Shown here one piece after another: positions 56,331-64,000 of a stretch of 64,000 bases of DNA. Where the stretch lies: NCBI GenBank assembly GCA_965203555.1, contig CBDBCY010000004.1, positions 3,040,001 to 3,104,000 on the forward strand, in the 5' to 3' direction. The translations under genes were made by a program, and so were the position numbers. The DNA is from Acidimicrobiia bacterium. GTDB lineage: Bacteria > Actinomycetota > Acidimicrobiia > Spongiisociales > ZC4RG35. Position 1 is the stretch's first letter. Every line of letters begins with the position of its first letter. Below the pieces are notes generated by a model, which was not told the origin of the DNA, made no database searches, and worked only from the letters and a program-made list of their open reading frames with translations.

Positions 56331-58890
56331 GTGGCTACACGGACCCCTACCCGTCGTAAGGCAAGCGGGCGGCGGCGGGAGTCCCCACAGAAGACCAAGC
56401 AGCCGGTCAACGGGAAATCGGCCCCCAAACGATCGGCGAAATCCACCAAGTCGGAGGCGCCTTGGCGCTATCGGCTGTGGTTGGCCGTGCAGTCTCGCAT
56501 GGGCAACCTGTCATCCGAAGTGTGGGGTGGCGCGTTGCTGCTGCTCTCGCTGTTTTCCACCCTGTTCCTGGTAGGTACGGGGGGGCAGGTCGGAGAGGTG
56601 GTAAGGTCCGCCTTCTCCTATGTGCTGGGTCAATGGACGCCCTTGGGCCCGCTCGCCTTGCTGGGCATGGGTCTGGTGCTGGTACTGGGGAAACCCGCCT
56701 TGACCAAGCGGAGGCTGTTCTCCAGTGTGTTGTTGTTCTTCGTGTCGACTCTGGGACTGTTTCACCTTTTGACCGGCGCTCAGCCTCTTGCCAGCGGTGC
56801 AGAGGTCGTGAGCGAACGTGGCGGGGCGCTGGGTGCTCTGACTGCCTTTCCCCTCCATCGGGCAATGGGCGCCGCTCCCACTTTCACACTCCTGGTCCTG
56901 GGGGTTATGACCAGCGTTCTGTTGGTGACCAGGACCTCCCTCAAAGATTTTTTGCTTGCCCTGGGGGATATGGTGAAGTGGGTCAAGGAGGTGTCTGATC
57001 GTCGGGCCAAGGCGTATGCGTTGCAGAACGGGGCGCTGCACGGTGCAGGCGCCAAGGTCCTTTCGGTACCGGCGTCCCGAAGACATGGTCGCCGGCGGCG
57101 CAGGACGGGCCGCCGGCCCTGGAGTTCCGGGGACGAAGGACCCTGGCCGATAGCCACGGTCATACAGGTCCCTGGCCCGGACTCCGAACCCGGACCGGCG
57201 CCGACGGTCGGCGAGGGTCCCCCCCGACGGCGAGGGTCCCCCCGACAGGATGGCGCCCGCCCCAGAGCCGGCCTTTTCGGAGGTGGCGGTCCACCACGAA
57301 GACCTCACGGTGGAGATGGAGAGTCTGGCCCCGGAGCGCCCTCGCCTCGAGTTGGTGGAGTCTCGCATTCCAAACGTTGCCGATACCTCCGTCCGCAGTA
57401 GCCCGACTGCGGTGGAAGCAGCGCCGCCCCGAGAGGAGGAGGACACTCCTGCCGCCCCCTACCGGCTTCCTCCTTTGGAACTGTTGAGCAGGGGTGGAAG
57501 AGTCAGGGACGACGACGAGAACCTGAAAGGAACTGCGGGAGCGCTGCGGCAGGCTCTGGCCGATCACGGGGTGGATGCCCGCATCACCGGGGTGGTCTCC
57601 GGTCCTTCAGTTACCAGGTTCGAGATAAAGCTGGCACCGGGAGTGAAAGTGCAGAAGTTGTCGGCCCTGTCGAACGACATCGCTTACGCACTGGCCACCC
57701 CGGATGTACGGTTGCTGGTTCCCATCCCCGGTCGCTCGGCAATCGGGGTGGAAGTGCCCAATACCAAGCGGCAATTGGTGAAGCTGGGAGACATCCTGTC
57801 CAGCCGGGAATTGAAAGCCGACCGGCATCCGCTGGCGGTTGGCCTGGGTATGGACATCGGCGGCCGACCCTTCCTGCTCAACCTGGCGGAACTTCCTCAC
57901 GTGTTGATCGCCGGCGCCACCGGCGCCGGCAAGTCGTCTTGCATCAACTCGATCATCACCTCCCTTCTGATCAGAACCCGGCCCGAGGATCTAAAATTGA
58001 TCCTGGTGGATCCCAAGCGGGTCGAATTGGGGCAATACGGGGGGGTGCCCCACCTTCTCACCCGGGTGATCACCGATCCCAAGAAGGCTGCCGAAGCTCT
58101 CAAGTGGGTTGTGGCCGAGATGGACCGGCGCTACGACCTGTTGGCGGAGGTCGGCGTAAGGGACATCGGAGGATATGCCGACAAGTGGGAGAAGGGTCTG
58201 CTGGACGGATCCAAGTTTGATCGCTTCCCGTATCTGGTGGTGGTGGTGGATGAACTCAACGACCTGATGATGGTGTCCGGTCGGGAGGTGGAGATGGCCA
58301 TCGTTCGTATCGCCCAAATGGCACGGGCGGTCGGCATCCATCTGGTCCTGGCGACTCAGCGTCCCTCGGTAAACGTGATAACGGGAGTGATCAAGGCCAA
58401 CGTTCCCTCGCGGCTGGCGTTCAGCGTGGCGTCCCAGACCGACAGCCGGGTCATAATCGATTCGGTGGGGGCGGAGAAGCTGGTGGGTCGGGGGGACATG
58501 CTGGTGGTGACCGCCCGGCAGCCTCGGCCGCAGAGGGTACAGGGCGCCTGGGTGGAGGAATCGGAGATCGCCCGGGTGGTGGCCTGGATCAATGGGCAGA
58601 GCAAACCGGACGAACGACTCGACAGGTCGCTCGACCAGGCCCTGACTGCGCCGGCATCCCACCCCGATCCTGGGGATGATGAAGACGAAGACCTGTTGAG
58701 ACGGGCCACGGAGTTGGTGGTTCGCTCCCAGCTCGGCTCGACCTCGATGCTCCAGAGAAAGCTTCGGGTGGGGTTTGCCAGGGCGGGCCGTCTGATGGAC
58801 ATCCTGGAGCGGCGTGGAGTTGTGGGACCCTCGCAGGGTTCCAAGGCCAGGGAAGTCCTGATCACACCTGAGGAGTTGGGACTCGGCTGA
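56331..58890 (+). CDS. ftsK: DNA translocase FtsK (apparent +1 frameshift at a C7 tract, 57219-57225)
   Basis: 4TM N-domain in the frame starting 56331; motor (GATGAGKS, VDE, ATQRP) and gamma domain (SMLQRKLRVGFARAGR) in the frame starting 57250. Confidence 0.92.
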
Positions 58891-59083
58891 ACGATCCGAA
58901 CCCTCGGGATCTGCGACCTTCCCCGGGTTTTTCGCTAGCGAGTATGCTTCGCTAATGTAAAAGATATTGGCGCATTCCAAACCAGGGCCGGCGGTTTTGG
59001 CGGTCCGGTAGTAGGTGGGTTTATAATGCCAGCCACATCGTGAAATCCAAAGGGTAAAGGACAGGCAAGGTAAGGAGAAGCAC

Positions 59084-60196
59084 ATGGAACGCAGAGAATT
59101 CCTAAAACTCTCGGCTATGGGCGCGCTGGGGGCAGCCGCAATGGCGGCTTGCGCCACCGGCGACGAAGACTTGGACGAGGCTCTTCAGGACGAGTCCCTC
59201 CCCACTCTTGAATGGGAGATCGCAACCAGTTGGCCGACGGCGTTGGACACTATCTTCGGCGGCGCTCAGACCTTTGCTGCAAGGGTCACGGCGATGACCG
59301 GCGGCAAGTTCTCGGTCGTTGCCCGGGCGGCCGGTGAACTGGCGCCCGGGTTGGAGATTCTCCAATCCGTGCAGTCCAAGGGTGTCCAGATGGGTCACAC
59401 CGCCTCTTATTACTACGTGGGGCTGGACCCGATCACTGCCTTCGGGACCGCTTTGCCCTTCGGGTTGACCCAGCGTCAGCAGAACGGGTGGCTGTACCGC
59501 GGCGGCGGAATGGAACTGTTGCAAGAGGGATATGCCGAGCGGTTCAATGTAATCCAGTTCCCCGCCGGCAACACCGGGGTGCAGATGGGTGGCTGGTTCA
59601 ACCGCGAGATCAGGTCGCTGTCGGACCTCGAGGGTCTGAAGATGAGGATCCCCGGGCTGGGTGGCCAGGTGATGGAACGCTTGGGGGTTACCGTCCAGGT
59701 GCTGCCCGGAGGCGAGATCTTCCAGGCCCTGCAGACCGGCGCCATCGATGCCACCGAATGGGTGGGTCCCTACGACGACCAGAAGCTCGACTTCCAGTCG
59801 GTCACCCAGTACTACTACTTCCCGGGATGGTGGGAGCCGGGTCCGTCGCTCGAGGTGCAGATCCATCTCGACGAGTGGAATGCTCTTCCCGAGGAGTACC
59901 AGCAGGTGATCCAGTCGGCGGCCGTGCATGCCAATGCTGACATGATGGCGGATTACGACGCCAAGAACCCTCCGGCTCTTCAGAACCTGCTGCAGTCGGA
60001 CATCATCCTGCAGCCCTTCCCCGATGACGTCATGGAGGCGGCGGAGGAGACGGCGTTCGAGTTGTTCGACGAGTTCGCTGCGGCTGATACGTTGTTCAGC
60101 GATATCCTCGATCACTGGAAGGGTTACCGCTCCGGGATCCGCCAATGGCACAATCTCGCCGAGCGCTCCTACCTCCAGTACGAGTCCCGGTTCTAA
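59084..60196 (+). CDS. dctP: TRAP transporter substrate-binding protein (DctP/TakP-like), Tat signal
   Basis: RREFLK Tat motif, GNTGVQMGGWF, KMRIPG, EWVGPYDD. Confidence 0.92.
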   Translation: MERREFLKLSAMGALGAAAMAACATGDEDLDEALQDESLPTLEWEIATSWPTALDTIFGGAQTFAARVTAMTGGKFSVVARAAGELAPGLEILQSVQSKGVQMGHTASYYYVGLDPITAFGTALPFGLTQRQQNGWLYRGGGMELLQEGYAERFNVIQFPAGNTGVQMGGWFNREIRSLSDLEGLKMRIPGLGGQVMERLGVTVQVLPGGEIFQALQTGAIDATEWVGPYDDQKLDFQSVTQYYYFPGWWEPGPSLEVQIHLDEWNALPEEYQQVIQSAAVHANADMMADYDAKNPPALQNLLQSDIILQPFPDDVMEAAEETAFELFDEFAAADTLFSDILDHWKGYRSGIRQWHNLAERSYLQYESRF

Positions 60197-60219
60197 GAAG
60201 AAACCAACAACAACTGTCG

Positions 60220-60255
60220 AGAAGCTCCGGGCCTCAAGCCCGGAGCTTCTTTTTT
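60220..60255 (+). terminator. Intrinsic terminator after dctP
   Basis: 13-bp stem AGAAGCTCCGGGC / GCCCGGAGCTTCT followed by a T-run. Confidence 0.85.
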
Positions 60256-60460
60256 GGCCGGTCCCGGTACAGGGATTCGATTTCGTTTTAGGAGGGGATC
60301 TGCTTGGTGATTTGCCTGGACCCGGGCATGTGACGCCGGCGGTTTGCCTTGCTGTATTCCCCATCCCCGTTCCAATCGAAAGAGGCGTTTTCGAATCCGA
60401 AGAGCTGTGCGCGTGTTGGAAGGAGTTGTTCGGTTCCTGGGCAGGTGGTTGCGATGTGGC

Positions 60461-61819
60461 TCAGGCCAACTGGGAGAGTCCCATCGCCTGCACCAGCCAG
60501 GTGACGGTGGCGGGGAAGACGGCGACCAGCACCAGACCCAGGCCCTGCAGGGCCATGAAGGGAAGGGCGCCCTTGTGGATGTCGGCGGTCTTGACCTCCG
60601 GGGGGGCCACCGATTGCAGGTAGAACAGGGAAAACCCCACCGGTGGCGAGATGAATGCCATGTTGAGGTTGATCGCCATCATGATTGCGAACCAGACCAG
60701 TTCCGGCCCGCCCAGTCCCAACGCAAGGGCGGCCGGGACGAAGAGCGGCATGACGATAAAAGAGATCTCCAGGAATTCGAGGTTGATTCCCAGCAGGAAG
60801 ACGACGATGTTGGCGACGATGACGAAAGTCCACTTCCCGCCGGGAAGTCCCACCAGCCAGCCCGTCACCAGGTTCTGTCCGCCCAACTGCTGGAAGATGA
60901 GAGCGAAGAAAGTGGATGCGAACAGGATCTGCAGCACCAGGCCGGTGATGTTGGCGGTGGACCGGGACGCCTCCAGGATCATCTTCCAGGAGTAGTTGCG
61001 ATACCCCACCGCCAGCAGGACCGAGCCGAGGGCGCCGACTGCTCCCGCTTCGGAGGCCGTCGCTATACCGAAGAAAATGGATCCCAGCACCGCGAAGATC
61101 AGCACGATGGGAGGGGCGATCGAGATGAGCGACTCTTTGGCGAGCGCCACTCCCTGCAGGGTGCGCTCCTCTTTGGGGATGGGAGGGGCTGCGTCGGGCT
61201 TGAAGAAAGCCAGCACCAATGTGTAGACGGCGTAGATCACCGCCAGCATCACTCCCGGTATGAGCGCTCCTGCAAAGAGGGCGCCCACCGACACGGGAAT
61301 AAACTGGGCCAGCACGATCAACACCAGGCTGGGAGGGATCAACTGGGCCAGGGTGCCCGACGAGATGATCACGCCGGTGGCCAGTTTGTGGTCGTAGCCG
61401 TATTTGACCATGACCGGGAGGGAGAGGATTCCCATCACGATGACGGTGGCGGCCACCACTCCCGTGGCGGCGGCCAGCAGGGTGCCCACGAAAATAACCG
61501 CCACTCCCATCCCTCCCCGCAACGGTCCCATCAGCATCCCGATGCTGGTGAGAAGCCGTTGGGCCAAGCCTGATTTTTCAAACACCGCTCCCATGAACAC
61601 GAAGAACGGGATGGCCAGGAAAGTGAAGTTGGCGACGGTGTCGGCGAACCATTTGTTGAACAGCAGGTTTATCGCCTCCGGACGGAGATCGCCGGTCAGC
61701 AGGCCGAGGGCGAAGAAGACGATGGCAGTGCCGGCAAAGGAAAATGCCACCGGGTACCCCACCAGCAACAGCGCCAGGAAGAGGACAAACATAATAATGG
61801 CGAGCCATTCACCGAGCAT
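60461..61819 (-). CDS. dctM: TRAP transporter large permease
   Basis: [30 protein letters not shown]. Confidence 0.92.
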   Translation of the reverse strand: MLGEWLAIIMFVLFLALLLVGYPVAFSFAGTAIVFFALGLLTGDLRPEAINLLFNKWFADTVANFTFLAIPFFVFMGAVFEKSGLAQRLLTSIGMLMGPLRGGMGVAVIFVGTLLAAATGVVAATVIVMGILSLPVMVKYGYDHKLATGVIISSGTLAQLIPPSLVLIVLAQFIPVSVGALFAGALIPGVMLAVIYAVYTLVLAFFKPDAAPPIPKEERTLQGVALAKESLISIAPPIVLIFAVLGSIFFGIATASEAGAVGALGSVLLAVGYRNYSWKMILEASRSTANITGLVLQILFASTFFALIFQQLGGQNLVTGWLVGLPGGKWTFVIVANIVVFLLGINLEFLEISFIVMPLFVPAALALGLGGPELVWFAIMMAINLNMAFISPPVGFSLFYLQSVAPPEVKTADIHKGALPFMALQGLGLVLVAVFPATVTWLVQAMGLSQLA

Positions 61820-61875
61820 GTTCTTCTATTCCTTTCCTCGGCTGTCTTCGGTTCGATCCAACTTTGCCGGCGTGA

Positions 61876-62490
61876 TCACTCAAGCCGCAGGGGCGCCTCG
61901 ACCTGCTCTCCGTATTCGACGTCCTCGGGGTGATCCCTGACGATCGCCCACAGTTTTACCAGTTCCGCGGCAGTTTGCATCAACAGAAGGGCGAAGGCCA
62001 CCGGGATCATCGTCTTGATGGGCGCCCGGGGCAGGCCGCTCGGATCGGGTGACTGTTCATTCAACTGCCAGGAGGTTATGACCTGGGGAATGGAGAGCCA
62101 CAACCCCAGGATGGCGAAGGGGAGAAGACCGAGGTGGTGTCCGATGAAGTCGATCCACGCCCTCTTCTTCTTGGGCTGTTCGGCAAACCAGAAGTCAACC
62201 CGCACATTTATCTGGTTTTTCAGCACATAGGCGAATCCGAACAAAAAGATCAGCGAATACAGGTACCACTGTGCTTCGATCAAGCCATTGTTGGTCAGCC
62301 GAACGCCGACGAACTGGCCGGTGTATCGTAGGATGACGTTCCCTACTCCCAGGACAAGCGTGGGTATCACCACCCACTTGGCGAACGTGCCGGTCTTTTC
62401 CGAAATCAGATCCGCCTTCCGCTGGTAGGCGAACAGCAGTTTCCAATGGAGACTGTGCTGTACCGACTCCTGGTTGTTCTCGGCTGCCAA
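61876..62490 (-). CDS. dctQ: TRAP transporter small permease
   Basis: NVILRY, EAQWYL, VRVD; four TM segments. Confidence 0.9.
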   Translation of the reverse strand: MAAENNQESVQHSLHWKLLFAYQRKADLISEKTGTFAKWVVIPTLVLGVGNVILRYTGQFVGVRLTNNGLIEAQWYLYSLIFLFGFAYVLKNQINVRVDFWFAEQPKKKRAWIDFIGHHLGLLPFAILGLWLSIPQVITSWQLNEQSPDPSGLPRAPIKTMIPVAFALLLMQTAAELVKLWAIVRDHPEDVEYGEQVEAPLRLE

Positions 62491-62610
62491 GATTGGCTCC
62501 TTGGGCGGGTTTCCTCAGGGTACTTTAGTCCGTACTCTTCTCCTGACGGCGGTTTTGGGCATCATATTTCACTGGAGTAAAAGGCAATTTCTCTTTATAT
62601 TGGAGAGTGC

Positions 62611-63429
62611 GTGACGGGTACGGGCAGTATGGCTGCTATGGCCAAGGCACTCCTGCTTGCCTGGCTGGGTCTGGGTATGGCTTGGTCTTCTCTGCTTGCC
62701 CCACCGGATTTCAAGCCACCTTCCCTCCATATGGAGAGCCTGCCCGCACCCACCGGGCCGACGCCCGATCCCGACCCGGTGGTTTACCTGACCTTTGACG
62801 ACGGTCCACACCCCGTGAACACCCCCCAGGTACTGGATCTGCTGGCCCAATACGACGTCAAGGCTACCTTTTTCGTGGTGGGGAGGATGGTCTACAACTT
62901 CCCCGACCTCGCCCGCCGGATCGCTGCCGAAGGGCACTCTGTCCAACTCCACTCTTGGCGTCACGACAACCTCACCAAGTTCAGCCGCCCACAGTTCATG
63001 GCAGACACCGCCAAGACTCAGGCCGTTCTGGGGGAAACGCTCCACATAAGAGCCACCTGTCTGAGACCTCCCTACGGTGAGGTCGACTCAAGAGTCAGAG
63101 AGTGGGCGTCGGACCTCAACCTGGATGTCTCGCTGTGGGACGTGAGCGGGGCGGACTGGACCGAAATATCGGCGGAGGGAATCGCCCGCAGAGTGCTGAC
63201 CTGGGTGAGGCCCGGATCGGTCGTGCTCCTGCACGACGGGGGTGGGCCTCGCCATCGCACCGTCTCCGCCCTGGAGATGATCCTTGCCGAACTCACCGAG
63301 GCCGGCTACCGGTTCGAGACGATGTGCTCTACTCTGTATCTCCCCGAGCCGAGTCCTCCCTGCTGGGAGTACTACGCGTGGCCGGTACCCTGCGCCCGCT
63401 CCGAACCTTCCCAGGCCGAGGCCCGGTAG
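62611..63429 (+). CDS. Polysaccharide deacetylase (CE4/NodB)
   Basis: TFDDGP, HSWRH, RPPYG, LLHDG. Confidence 0.93.
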   Translation: MTGTGSMAAMAKALLLAWLGLGMAWSSLLAPPDFKPPSLHMESLPAPTGPTPDPDPVVYLTFDDGPHPVNTPQVLDLLAQYDVKATFFVVGRMVYNFPDLARRIAAEGHSVQLHSWRHDNLTKFSRPQFMADTAKTQAVLGETLHIRATCLRPPYGEVDSRVREWASDLNLDVSLWDVSGADWTEISAEGIARRVLTWVRPGSVVLLHDGGGPRHRTVSALEMILAELTEAGYRFETMCSTLYLPEPSPPCWEYYAWPVPCARSEPSQAEAR

Positions 63430-64000
63430 CGGCCGGGGTTGGGTGGAAATGCCAGGCCCCTGGGGCTGGTGACGAATCCCCGTTGCGCCAGGGGTCCGGC
63501 GAGGGGGTGGTCGGAGGCCGGCGTTTCATCGATGCGATCTATGCGAAACCGGCTCCTCCGGTCGGCGAGGTCGGCGAGTCCCTCCGCCAAGTCTTCCGGA
63601 CGGCAATCGCCCTCGTCGAAGATGGTCAGGCGGCGGTGATCCAGAAAGGCGGCCAACCTCCCGTTCCACAGCGCAACATGACACCCCGCCGCCCGGGCAA
63701 GTCGGACCTGCGCGGCCCTGGGCCACGGAAGGGCGGCCCCGTACGGGTTGGCCGGATCGCAGGCGCCCAGGATCACCAGCCCGGGATCGGATTCTTCTCT
63801 GAGGCGGTCGACCGCTCCCGGCAATGCGAACTGGGCGCCTCCCAAACCTTCTATGAAGTAGCCGCGCCGGGTCTTGCCCGTCTCCTCCATGCGGGCCAGC
63901 ACCGGGTAGATGGCGGTGAATCCCCCGGGTATGCCTTCGTGGGCCACCACCGAGCGGGTCACGATGCCGTAGCGGTCCAACAGTTGGGCGCCCCGGGAAG
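63372..64000 (-). CDS. lhr: Lhr-family ATP-dependent helicase, C-terminal part (truncated by window end)
   Basis: LLDRYGIVTR, RRGYFIEGLGGAQFA, DPANPYGAALPWP. Confidence 0.9.
   Translation of the reverse strand, partial: SRGAQLLDRYGIVTRSVVAHEGIPGGFTAIYPVLARMEETGKTRRGYFIEGLGGAQFALPGAVDRLREESDPGLVILGACDPANPYGAALPWPRAAQVRLARAAGCHVALWNGRLAAFLDHRRLTIFDEGDCRPEDLAEGLADLADRRSRFRIDRIDETPASDHPLAGPLAQRGFVTSPRGLAFPPNPGRYRASAWEGSERAQGTGHA

Overview
High-GC Actinomycetota window, probably Acidimicrobiia (inferred from gene order and the Toprim-repeat TopA). It has three parts. (1) 1-14.2 kb is an accessory/defence island. It holds the ackA 3' end and an ICMT/PEMT gene, both of which recur as a diverged second copy flanking a two-gene PIN module. 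It also holds a coupled N6-adenine methyltransferase + PLD-SNF2 helicase pair followed by a Schlafen/AlbA_2-HATPase-wHTH gene, an orphan DUF433 antitoxin and an AAA-HTH ATPase. (2) 14.2-30.4 kb is a catabolic cluster: SDR, 2-oxoacid dehydrogenase E1a/E1b/E2, acyl-CoA ligase, Opp-type ABC, F420 LLM, cyclase, an acyl-CoA dehydrogenase pair, enoyl-CoA hydratase and an inserted DUF4143 ATPase. (3) 30.5-64 kb is core genome: ffh-rpsP-khpA-rimM, osmoprotectant ABC, topA, tmk, holB, gcvH/FHA/MerR, gcvT, add, rnhB, ftsK, TRAP transporter, lhr. The most notable non-obvious signals are: an exact 36-bp duplication with a 37-bp foreign spacer that frameshifts the PIN toxin (the geometry of off-target Cas1-Cas2 integration); a second repeat-spacer-repeat with 61-bp period; a 51/102-bp AT-rich repeat array in front of the Schlafen gene; a C11 tract in the putative promoter spacer of the methyltransferase operon; and degenerate HPRT-like and GcvPA-like proteins. 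All calls are from motif recognition by eye; no searches were run.
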